From: a bacterium
GTDB lineage: Bacteria; Bacillota; Clostridia; Oscillospirales; Acutalibacteraceae
Direction of reading: 5' to 3'
DNA length: 64,000 nucleotides
Assembly: GCA_963657005.1 (NCBI GenBank)
Contig: CAVKLC010000001.1
Location: 45,081-109,080, forward strand
Notes under the pieces: generated by a model
What the model was told of the DNA's origin: nothing
The model's database searches: none
Seen by the model: only the letters and a program-made list of their open reading frames with translations
Part shown: positions 56,033-64,000 of the stretch, piece after piece
Layout of the letters: every line of letters begins with the position of its first letter
Numbering within the stretch: position 1 is the stretch's first letter
Program-made: the position numbers and the translations under genes

Positions 56033-56941
56033 CTAATCACGCTTTACAAGCAGCCTTTCTACGCAAAGCTCATTAGTATTTTCATTGTATTTTCCAAGTC
56101 CCAAAAATCCTATACCTTGAGAATACACCTTATAGCTTTTGTTTTCAAGTGTTTTTTTTATACGATTTGCATCAAGTGGAGCACCGTTTTGAAATCTTTT
56201 TGCCTGAAGTGGCGAAACAAAAACGCTGTCATAAGAAGAAAACATTTCTTCCACGCTTATAAGCACATCGTCAAAACCAAGCTCATTATCTTTTCTTTCC
56301 TGCATATTTTCAAGGCTTACGCAATTTTTAAGAGTAAAACCCATTGCAAGAGTTCTTTCAAGCTCGGTCATAACAGCGCCGCAGCCAAGCTTTCTGCCGA
56401 TATCGTCAATCAAAGTCCTTATGTATGTGCCTTTTGAGCAAATCACATTAATTGTATAAATGTTTTTAGCTTCACTGCAAAGGTCTTTTACAAGAGTAAG
56501 TTCTTTAATTTCAACCTCTCTTGCTTTTCGTTCAACTTCAATGCCTTTTCTTGCCAAATCGTAAAGCCTTTGACCGTCAACGCTGACAGCGGAATACATA
56601 GGCGGAATTTGACTGATTTTGCCGCGAAAATCATCAAGCACCTTTTCAACATCGTCAATGCCGACATTAACCTCGTACTCGCCCGTAACTTCACCCGTTA
56701 TGTCAAGCGTGTCAGTTGTTTTACCCAAAACAAACTGAGCCTTATAACCCTTGTCACTGTCAGGCAAATAGTTTAAAAACCTTGTTGCGCCGCCGAGCAT
56801 AATAGGCAAAACACCGGTAGCCATAGGGTCAAGCGTACCGGTATGCCCTGCCTTCTTTTCCCTCGTTATGCCACGAACTTTTGCAACAACACCGAAAGAA
56901 GTAATATCCTTTGGCTTATTAATACAAATTATACCTGTCAT
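56033..56941 (-). CDS. truB: tRNA pseudouridine(55) synthase
   Basis: GHTGTLDPMATGVL, QIPPMYSA, CSKGTYIR. Confidence 0.96.
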   Translation of the reverse strand: MTGIICINKPKDITSFGVVAKVRGITREKKAGHTGTLDPMATGVLPIMLGGATRFLNYLPDSDKGYKAQFVLGKTTDTLDITGEVTGEYEVNVGIDDVEKVLDDFRGKISQIPPMYSAVSVDGQRLYDLARKGIEVERKAREVEIKELTLVKDLCSEAKNIYTINVICSKGTYIRTLIDDIGRKLGCGAVMTELERTLAMGFTLKNCVSLENMQERKDNELGFDDVLISVEEMFSSYDSVFVSPLQAKRFQNGAPLDANRIKKTLENKSYKVYSQGIGFLGLGKYNENTNELCVERLLVKRD

Positions 56942-57876
56942 GCAAGTATCTCCTTGCTTTTTTCAACCAAAAGCCTTCTTGCTTCCTTAACATCGCAGTC
57001 AAACCGGCAACCCGCCGCCTGAGCGTGACCGCCGCCGCCAAAGCATTTTGCAAGCTCTGCAGCATTGACGCTTTCATATGTTCTGATTGAAGCTTTGCAC
57101 GAACCGTCAGGCTTTTCGGTAATTGTTATACCAATCTCGACGCCCTCTATCTGCCTTGTAAGAGGAGCAAGACCCTCGGTTTCCTGCATATTTGAGCCTG
57201 TAAGCTGAAACATCTCCTGAGTGACGGTGATAACCGCAACCCTCTCGTGCTCATAAAAACGCATTGACTCGATAGCAAGTCTTTCAAGCCTTGCATAAGT
57301 CTTTGTTTTTGTTTCAAACATAACGCGATTGATTCTTCCGTTGTCGGCACCGGCTTCAATAAGGTTTGCCGCAACTCGGTAAGTTTGAGCCGTTGTTGAA
57401 TCGTAGCGGAAACAGCCTGTATCGGTAGTTAAACCGGTATAAAGGCAGTCCGCTATCTTTTTGTCAACTTCAACTCCGAGTGCAAGAACCACCTCGTACA
57501 TAATTTGGCAAGCCGCCGGGACATCTTCAAGAAGAAGATAATCGGCATACTCGGTATTTGTTGAATGGTGGTCGATACACATATCAATCTTGTACTGCTC
57601 TTCAAGACCGCCCAAAAGGTTAATTGTAGCCACATCAACGGCAACAACATATTCGGGTTTAAATTTAATTTCGACAATATCGTCAAAAAGATAATTGTAC
57701 TTTTTCGGAATAGAATCTGCATTAATTACCGCACAAATTTTTCCGATTTTCATAAGTGCACGACAAAGCGCATAGCCGCAGCCGAGAGTATCCCCGTCCG
57801 GGTTTGCGTGAGTAAGAATAAGAATATTGTCTTTTTCTTTCAATACGTCTGCACACTGTTTTACACTAATCTTCAT
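56938..57876 (-). CDS. nrnA: DHH/DHHA1 phosphoesterase (NrnA-like)
   Basis: HANPDGD, IDHH, TDTGCF, GGGHAQAAG; located between rbfA and truB. Confidence 0.88.
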   Translation of the reverse strand: MKISVKQCADVLKEKDNILILTHANPDGDTLGCGYALCRALMKIGKICAVINADSIPKKYNYLFDDIVEIKFKPEYVVAVDVATINLLGGLEEQYKIDMCIDHHSTNTEYADYLLLEDVPAACQIMYEVVLALGVEVDKKIADCLYTGLTTDTGCFRYDSTTAQTYRVAANLIEAGADNGRINRVMFETKTKTYARLERLAIESMRFYEHERVAVITVTQEMFQLTGSNMQETEGLAPLTRQIEGVEIGITITEKPDGSCKASIRTYESVNAAELAKCFGGGGHAQAAGCRFDCDVKEARRLLVEKSKEILA

Positions 57877-58213
57877 GATTTAATTCCTTAATTTTTTCAA
57901 AAAGATCCATACCCTTTTCAATAGAATCGTCGGCAATAAACTTTAGCTCAGGACTTTTTCTTAAATGAAGCCTTGAACCGAGCTGCTTTCTGATATAACC
58001 CTGAGCACTTTCAAGCCCTTTAACAGATTTTTTAGCCGACTCAATACCGTCCATTGCACTGATATAAACCTTTGCGTAGCTTAAATCACCGCTTACATCA
58101 ACTTTAACCACAGTAAGCATATCGCTGATTCTCGGGTCTTTAAGCTCACGCATTATTGAAACAATCTCTCTTTTAATATCTTCGCTTATTCTGTCAATAT
58201 GAAATCCAGCCAT
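57866..58213 (-). CDS. rbfA: 30S ribosome-binding factor A
   Basis: LKDPR, DLSYAKVY, LRKSPELKF..D.SIE. Confidence 0.95.
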   Translation of the reverse strand: MAGFHIDRISEDIKREIVSIMRELKDPRISDMLTVVKVDVSGDLSYAKVYISAMDGIESAKKSVKGLESAQGYIRKQLGSRLHLRKSPELKFIADDSIEKGMDLFEKIKELNHED

Positions 58214-58215
58214 AA

Positions 58216-60606
58216 TTAATCCCTATATTCCTCAACAATGTATGCCTGAAGAATATCGCCTGATTGAATGTCATCCCAACCGTCAAGGCTGATACCACAT
58301 TCGTAACCCGATGAAACTTCCTTAACCTCATCCTTAAATCTCTTGAGGTTTGCAAGCTTAACATCGGCAATTTGCTTACCGTTTCTGATAACTCTTACCT
58401 TACCGTCACGCTTAATTGTACCGCTGGTTACGAGTGAGCCCGCAATAGTACCTGCAGAAGAAATTTTATAAACTTCTCTTACTTCAACTTCACCTGTGTC
58501 AACATCACGATACTTAGGAGCTCTCATACCGCGCATAGCTCTTTCGATATCTTCAATAGCATCATAAATAATGTCGTATTGTTTAATTTCAACTCCGTCA
58601 CGCTTTGCATTGTCTGCCGCAATTTGGTCAACACCGATATTGAACGCAACAATGATTGCATGAGAAGCTTCGGCGAGCATAACATCGCTTTCACTTACGG
58701 CACCTACTGCACCGTGAACGATTTTAACATTAACCTCGTCATTTTCAATTTTAAGAAGCGACTGCTTAACCGCTTCAACAGAACCCTGAACATCGGCTTT
58801 AACAATGATGTTGAGTTCTTTCATTTCGCCCTCTGAAATAGTGTCAAAGAGAGTATCAAGAGTAACCTTTTGGAAGAGGTTGAATTCTTCTTCCTTAGCC
58901 TTAGCCTTTCTCTGCTCAACAAGTGCTCTTGCAAGCTTTTCATCGGATACTGCGTTAAATTCGTCACCGCTCATAGGCGCTGAATCAAGACCCATAATTT
59001 CAACAGGAACCGACGGACCTGCGCTTTGAATCGGCTTTCCGTGGTAGTCTGTCATAGCACGAATCTTACCTACTGCAGTACCTGCCACGATAATATCGCC
59101 TGCGTTAAGAGTACCGTTTTGAACAAGGAGAGTTGCGATAGGTCCGCGACCCTTGTCAAGCTTAGCTTCGATAACAACACCCTTTGCACTTCTGTCAGGG
59201 TTAGCTTTAAGCTCTGCCATTTCAGCAACAAGAAGTATTGTTTCAAGAAGCTTATCAATACCCATTCTTGTTTTAGCAGAAACAGGAACGCAGATAACAT
59301 CGCCGCCCCATTCTTCAGGAACGAGTTCGTGCTCTGTAAGCTGCTGCATAACTTTGTCAGGGTTTGCACCCTCTTTATCCATCTTGTTAATAGCAACAAT
59401 AATATCAACACCTGCTGCTTTTGCATGGTTGATAGCTTCAATAGTTTGAGGCATAATACCGTCATCGGCTGCTACAACCAAAACAGCAATATCTGTTGCC
59501 ATTGCACCCCTTGCACGCATTGCTGTGAAAGCGGCGTGACCCGGAGTATCAAGGAAAGTAATCTTTTGACCGTCAACATCAACCTGATATGCGCCGATTG
59601 CCTGAGTAATACCGCCGGCTTCGGTTGCTGTTACATCAGTGTCACGAATTGCGTCAAGAATAGAAGTTTTACCGTGGTCAACATGACCCATAACACAAAC
59701 GACCGGAGATCTTGTTACTGCGTTTTCATCGTCTTCAACTTCTTCTTCAATAATCTGCTCTTCAATAGTAACAACAACTTCTTTTTCGCACTTAGCGCCG
59801 AGTTCTGTTGCAACAATTTCAGCGGTGTCATAGTCGATAATTTCGTTAACTGTTGCCATAACGCCGAGGCTCATAAGCTTTTTGATAACTTCGGTTGCTG
59901 TCATACGAAGAAGCTTTGCAAGGTCGCCGACTGTAATTTCTTCAGAAACGGTAATCTTAACCGGCTTCTTCTTTCTCTGCTCCTCAATACGGGCAAGGCG
60001 CTGTTGCTCTGTTTCCTTTTTACGGGTGCGAACGCCTTTCTTTCTGTTATACTGCTTTGACTTCTGATTAAGCTTCTGCTTTTTCTGATAATCATTAGTC
60101 ATATTATTTGCAGGCGCAATGTCTTCATACTTTTGATTGTATTTTTCAAGGTCAACATTGTTAACACGGGTGTTAACATGCCTTGCTTCGCCCTTTGTTC
60201 TTGCCTGAGGTGCTTGGGTAGCTTTTTTCTTAGCTTTTTCCTCTGCTCTTTTTGCCGCTTGCTCTGCCATTTGAAGAATAGCCGCCTGACTTTGATGCTT
60301 CTTGTTTTCATCCTTTTTCTCAGGCTTTTGGACAGGCTTTTTGTCGCTTGCTTTCTTTTCAGCCGGCTTTTTCTTTTCAGATTTTTTGCCGTTATTTGCC
60401 GAATTATAGTAATCGTCAAAACTGCTTACGCTGTTATCTGTTGTGAGCTTATCAACCAAAATGTCAAGCTCTCTTTCTTCAAGAACGGTGTTAGCCTTTT
60501 TTGCGGGACCGTCGCAATATTCACTTAAAATATTGATGATGTCCTTGTTATTTTTACCGAAATCTTTTGCTACATCGGAAACTTTAAATTTAATAACCAT
60601 TGGCAT
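58216..60606 (-). CDS. infB: Translation initiation factor IF-2
   Basis: MGHVDHGKTS, EAGGITQ, DTPGHAAF, NKMD, KADVQGS, GYECG. Confidence 0.98.
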   Translation of the reverse strand: MPMVIKFKVSDVAKDFGKNNKDIINILSEYCDGPAKKANTVLEERELDILVDKLTTDNSVSSFDDYYNSANNGKKSEKKKPAEKKASDKKPVQKPEKKDENKKHQSQAAILQMAEQAAKRAEEKAKKKATQAPQARTKGEARHVNTRVNNVDLEKYNQKYEDIAPANNMTNDYQKKQKLNQKSKQYNRKKGVRTRKKETEQQRLARIEEQRKKKPVKITVSEEITVGDLAKLLRMTATEVIKKLMSLGVMATVNEIIDYDTAEIVATELGAKCEKEVVVTIEEQIIEEEVEDDENAVTRSPVVCVMGHVDHGKTSILDAIRDTDVTATEAGGITQAIGAYQVDVDGQKITFLDTPGHAAFTAMRARGAMATDIAVLVVAADDGIMPQTIEAINHAKAAGVDIIVAINKMDKEGANPDKVMQQLTEHELVPEEWGGDVICVPVSAKTRMGIDKLLETILLVAEMAELKANPDRSAKGVVIEAKLDKGRGPIATLLVQNGTLNAGDIIVAGTAVGKIRAMTDYHGKPIQSAGPSVPVEIMGLDSAPMSGDEFNAVSDEKLARALVEQRKAKAKEEEFNLFQKVTLDTLFDTISEGEMKELNIIVKADVQGSVEAVKQSLLKIENDEVNVKIVHGAVGAVSESDVMLAEASHAIIVAFNIGVDQIAADNAKRDGVEIKQYDIIYDAIEDIERAMRGMRAPKYRDVDTGEVEVREVYKISSAGTIAGSLVTSGTIKRDGKVRVIRNGKQIADVKLANLKRFKDEVKEVSSGYECGISLDGWDDIQSGDILQAYIVEEYRD

Positions 60607-60638
60607 TTCCTCCTGTTTAGTATCGATTAACTGTACTC

Positions 60639-60950
60639 TTACTGTTCAAGCAATGAAATTATCTTTTTAGCCATATTTTCATCATCTACAGCCATAACGC
60701 CGGCTTTATAACCCACGCCGAAATAAATTTCATTAATTGTGATATCTGTTTTAACAAGCTTAACATTAAAATGATGAAGCTCCTTTGTCCTCTCAAACTC
60801 GGCTACAAGCCTTGGGGACACATCACTGCAAAACAAAACAAGCTTTGCCTTGTGCTCAAACATTGCGTGCTGTGCCATATCGTGACCCATTGAAAGCTTG
60901 CCCGCACGCCTTGCAAGCCCTAACATTGAAATAACCTGTTTATTAGGCAT
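60639..60950 (-). CDS. ylxQ: L7Ae-like RNA-binding protein
   Basis: MLGLARRAGKL..G; position between ylxR and infB. Confidence 0.85.
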   Translation of the reverse strand: MPNKQVISMLGLARRAGKLSMGHDMAQHAMFEHKAKLVLFCSDVSPRLVAEFERTKELHHFNVKLVKTDITINEIYFGVGYKAGVMAVDDENMAKKIISLLEQ

Positions 60951-61209
60951 TTTCTATTTCTTCTTCCATTTTATTATATACCTCATCGTCTATCTGCATA
61001 GAAAAGGCACGCTCAAAAGCTCTCTTTTTCCTTGCTTTTTTAAGACAATCGGCATTTTTACAAACATATGCGCCCCTGCCTGCTTTCTTGCCCGTAATGT
61101 CAAGCGAAACTTCGCCGTCGGGACTTTTAACAACTCTTACAAGTTCCCTTTTGTCAAACATTTCGCCGCAACCGGTGCACATACGCATTGGTATCTTTTT
61201 AGTTTTCAT
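60943..61209 (-). CDS. ylxR: YlxR (DUF448) RNA-binding protein
   Basis: PMRMCTGC, ELVRVV, GRGAYVC...C. Confidence 0.93.
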   Translation of the reverse strand: MKTKKIPMRMCTGCGEMFDKRELVRVVKSPDGEVSLDITGKKAGRGAYVCKNADCLKKARKKRAFERAFSMQIDDEVYNKMEEEIENA

Positions 61210-61248
61210 ATCACAACCGCCTTTCAGTAAAAAATGCGTTGCAATTAA

Positions 61249-62349
61249 TTATTCTTCGCTTGCAGTATCTTCTGCTGTTTCTTCTGCTTCTTCAGCGCTT
61301 TCATTTGTGAAGAAACCCGATTCAGGTTTAATGTCTATCTTCCAACCGGTAAGTCTTGCGGCAAGGCGAACATTTTGACCCTTGTTGCCGATAGCAAGTG
61401 AAAGCTGGTCGTCAGGAACTGTTGCACGGCAACTCTTTGTTTCCTCGTCAAGAATTTCAACTTCGCAAACTTCACTCGGTGCAAGCGCCGCACTTACATA
61501 CTGTGCCGGGTCTTCGCTGTACTTAACGATATCAATCTTTTCACCGCCGAGAACTTCAACAATGTTTGAAACTCTCTGACCTCTCGGACCGATACAAGCA
61601 CCTACAGGGTCAACATTTTCATCGGTTGAATAAACTGCAATTTTAGTTCTTGAGCCTGCCTCACGGGAAACAGACTTAATTTCGATAGTGCCGTCGTAAA
61701 TTTCAGGAACTTCCTGCTCAAACAAGCGGCGAACCATACCCGGATGAGTACGGGAAATCATAATGCGAGGACCTTTGCCCATTTCCTTAACATCAACAAC
61801 GAATACCTTAACGCTGTCGCCTACATTGAAATGCTCACCCGGAACCTGCTCAGCCTTTGGAAGAACAGCAGAATTCTTGCCCATATCAAGAGTTACATTA
61901 CCGGTATCAGGGTCAACTCTGTCAACCTTAGCGGTAAGAAGTTCCTGATTTTTAGACTTAAATTCTTCAATCATCTGTCCTCTTTCAGCCTCACGGATAC
62001 CCTGACGGATAACATGCTTAGCTGTTTGAGCAACGATTCTGCCGAAATTCTTTGTTTTAAGCGGAATATCAACAGTACCACCAACCTTTGCGCTCTTGCG
62101 AATAAGTTGTGCCTGCTCAAGAGTAAGGTCGGTATCTTCGTCCTCAATCTCGTCAACAACATTTTTCCTTACATAAACTTTAATTTTTTGCTTAATTGGG
62201 TCGATATCGCAGTGAACGATATCCTTGCCGTTGTAGTCGTGCTTTGCGGCAACAATAATAGCCGCTGAAATTTTTTCATAAAGATATTCTTCAGGAATAT
62301 TCTTTTCAGCTACGATTGCTTTTACTGCGTCAAAAAATTCTTTGCTCAT
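61249..62349 (-). CDS. nusA: Transcription termination/antitermination factor NusA
   Basis: FGRIVAQTAK, ISRTHP, EVPEI, REAGSRTK, PVGACIG, LAIGNKGQNVRLA. Confidence 0.97.
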   Translation of the reverse strand: MSKEFFDAVKAIVAEKNIPEEYLYEKISAAIIVAAKHDYNGKDIVHCDIDPIKQKIKVYVRKNVVDEIEDEDTDLTLEQAQLIRKSAKVGGTVDIPLKTKNFGRIVAQTAKHVIRQGIREAERGQMIEEFKSKNQELLTAKVDRVDPDTGNVTLDMGKNSAVLPKAEQVPGEHFNVGDSVKVFVVDVKEMGKGPRIMISRTHPGMVRRLFEQEVPEIYDGTIEIKSVSREAGSRTKIAVYSTDENVDPVGACIGPRGQRVSNIVEVLGGEKIDIVKYSEDPAQYVSAALAPSEVCEVEILDEETKSCRATVPDDQLSLAIGNKGQNVRLAARLTGWKIDIKPESGFFTNESAEEAEETAEDTASEE

Positions 62350-62368
62350 TTTCCTATCATCCTTTCGG

Positions 62369-62863
62369 TTAATTCATTTCTTTTTCAAAATCTTTTATAT
62401 CAAAGTCATCAAGCTTTACGAATGATGTATCTTTTTTGTTTACTTTAAGCTCCGTCTCGTCGGCAAGCTTTAATGTAATTTCGCCGTTATCATAAGCTAA
62501 AAGCTTACCGGCAAAATCACGAACGCCGTCAATAGGTCTTATAAGACGCATCATAACAGGTGCGCCGATATATTTTTCAAAATGACGGTCGGCTGTAAGT
62601 TCCCTTTCAACGCCGGGTGAACTTACTTCAAGTGTGTAGCTTTGAGCAATAGGGTCTGCTTCGTCAAGTGGCTTTGTTACTGCGTGGGTTAAATTAACGC
62701 AGTCGTCGATTGATATTCCGCCCTCTTTATCAATAAATATGCGCAAATACCAGTCTGTACCCTCTTTTGCAAAACGAACATCCCAAATATCAAGCCCAAG
62801 CTCTTTTGCGTAAGGTGTAATTATTTCCGTTACCTTAGATACAGTATTTCCTTTTCCTGCCAA
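62369..62863 (-). CDS. rimP: Ribosome maturation factor RimP
   Basis: LRIFIDK.GGI.IDDC, YTLEVSSPGVER; TTG start after AAGGAGG. Confidence 0.95.
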   Translation of the reverse strand: MAGKGNTVSKVTEIITPYAKELGLDIWDVRFAKEGTDWYLRIFIDKEGGISIDDCVNLTHAVTKPLDEADPIAQSYTLEVSSPGVERELTADRHFEKYIGAPVMMRLIRPIDGVRDFAGKLLAYDNGEITLKLADETELKVNKKDTSFVKLDDFDIKDFEKEMN

Positions 62864-62882
62864 GAAAAAACCTCCTTACAAT

Positions 62883-62914
62883 AATAAGAGAGCAGACCCG
62901 AACGGCCTACTCTC
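62883..62914 (-). promoter_or_regulatory. rimP-nusA leader hairpin (probable attenuator)
   Basis: Minus strand GAGAGTAGGCC-gttcg-GGTCTGCTCTC followed by TTATT, just upstream of the RBS. Confidence 0.6.
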
Positions 62915-62997
62915 ATTAGGACTAATAAACTTACGCTTATATAATAACATATTATTTATAAAAGTCAAGCATAATTTATTTAGAGTATTAAATTGCT

Positions 62998-63999
62998 TTA
63001 TTTTTTTTGCGGACCGTTATAACCGTTTGTTTCCTGGAACTTTGCAATCTTGTCAATAACGGAAAGAACAACATCAAAGCCGTCGCCTACTGTTTCCATT
63101 TCAAAACGCTCAGGCATATCACGCCAGGTGTGATAATAATATGTAAGCATTGGGTTTTGAGCGGCAAATGTAACAGACTTAACACCTGCTCTTGTCATAG
63201 GAGTTGAGTCACAACCGCCGACAGGGTTGTGGATACAACCGTTTGTCTTGCTTTCTATACCCATTTCCTTAAATGTGTCTTTAAACATTTTTTCCATATC
63301 TGTATCAAATCTGCAACCCTGCCAGTCGTCCTTAATAACAACCTCAAAGTATTCTTTATCGGCTACAGAGTCAATGTTAATGTTCCAAGCATTCTTTGTC
63401 ATATCGTCAAAACGGTGTTCCTGAGCAAAGAACATTGAGCCTCTTAAGCCTGCTTCCTCAGAACCGATGTTGGCGTCGATAATACGGCAGTTTTTAGGCA
63501 TTTTTTCAGGATGCTCTGAAAAATACTTAATTACAGCGTAGCTGAGACCGATACCTGTTGCGTTATCCATAGCGCCGCGGGAAGCATTTCTTGGGTTAGG
63601 GTCACCCCACATTACAACGAATAATGAACCGATAATTGTTACAATAGGAACGAAGTTCATTATATACATAAATACATTCCATTTGTAAGATTCGAGTAAG
63701 ACTGCTGCCCAAGCTGCGCCAGCATTTAGACAAATGTAGGTCACAGACATAAAAATTGAAAAAAGAGCAATAAAGAAGAACGAAACTGCACCAAATCCTA
63801 CTTTACCGTATGTAGCAATAAGACCCATAATAGGTTTAGTGTCTTTATATTTATATGCATGCTCACTGTGTCTCCAGCACCAAGAGGTGTCCGTATGACC
63901 TGAAAGAATGATTGTATAGTCATACTTTCCATCCTCAGGTTCTAAAACACCGAGAGTGTTACGGCTGATTTCCTGTGGGAAGAACATATCAAACCAAGT
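62998..63999 (-). CDS. M28-family membrane metallopeptidase, C-terminal part (5' end beyond the right edge)
   Basis: SGHTD, GAMDNATG, GSEEAGLRGS, NIDS, YYHT; frame open to the window edge. Confidence 0.85.
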   Translation of the reverse strand, partial: TWFDMFFPQEISRNTLGVLEPEDGKYDYTIILSGHTDTSWCWRHSEHAYKYKDTKPIMGLIATYGKVGFGAVSFFFIALFSIFMSVTYICLNAGAAWAAVLLESYKWNVFMYIMNFVPIVTIIGSLFVVMWGDPNPRNASRGAMDNATGIGLSYAVIKYFSEHPEKMPKNCRIIDANIGSEEAGLRGSMFFAQEHRFDDMTKNAWNINIDSVADKEYFEVVIKDDWQGCRFDTDMEKMFKDTFKEMGIESKTNGCIHNPVGGCDSTPMTRAGVKSVTFAAQNPMLTYYYHTWRDMPERFEMETVGDGFDVVLSVIDKIAKFQETNGYNGPQKK

Positions 64000-64000
64000 C

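Noticed and set aside
59026..60060. 344-aa plus-strand ORF
   Set aside because: Antisense to infB; explained by the codon bias of a highly expressed gene.

Overview
AT-rich chromosomal segment of a spore-forming Firmicute; gene order and content point to a gut Clostridia/Oscillospirales ('Eubacterium'/Ruminococcus-like) lineage (inference). The backbone is housekeeping: 5' part of dnaE, hprK-glcK-murB-rapZ-whiA, zapA-U32-maf-PHP, a tagF-tagF-tarI-tarJ ribitol wall-polymer locus, asnB/asnO, perR with reverse rubrerythrin, gltX-glnS-typA, spoIIE, rlmB and the rimP-nusA-ylxR-ylxQ-infB-rbfA-DHH-truB-ribF operon. I found no rRNA, tRNA, CRISPR array, integrase, transposase or prophage. Most interesting: (1) four unrelated secreted proteins share one very Lys-rich FN3-like module next to a Thr/Pro/Ser linker, a candidate non-covalent surface-display system; (2) a REP-doublet (REPIN-like) mini-element with a conserved 42-43 nt spacer; (3) an unassigned pseudoknot plus terminator RNA element beside a small XRE cassette with twin operators; (4) three stripped proteins: an amidohydrolase without its TIM barrel, a P1B-ATPase homologue without catalytic motifs, and a SpoIIE apparently missing its Cys-rich segment; (5) readable operators (LytTR, AdhR/MerR, PerR, WalR-like). 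All calls come from visual motif recognition; no searches were run.
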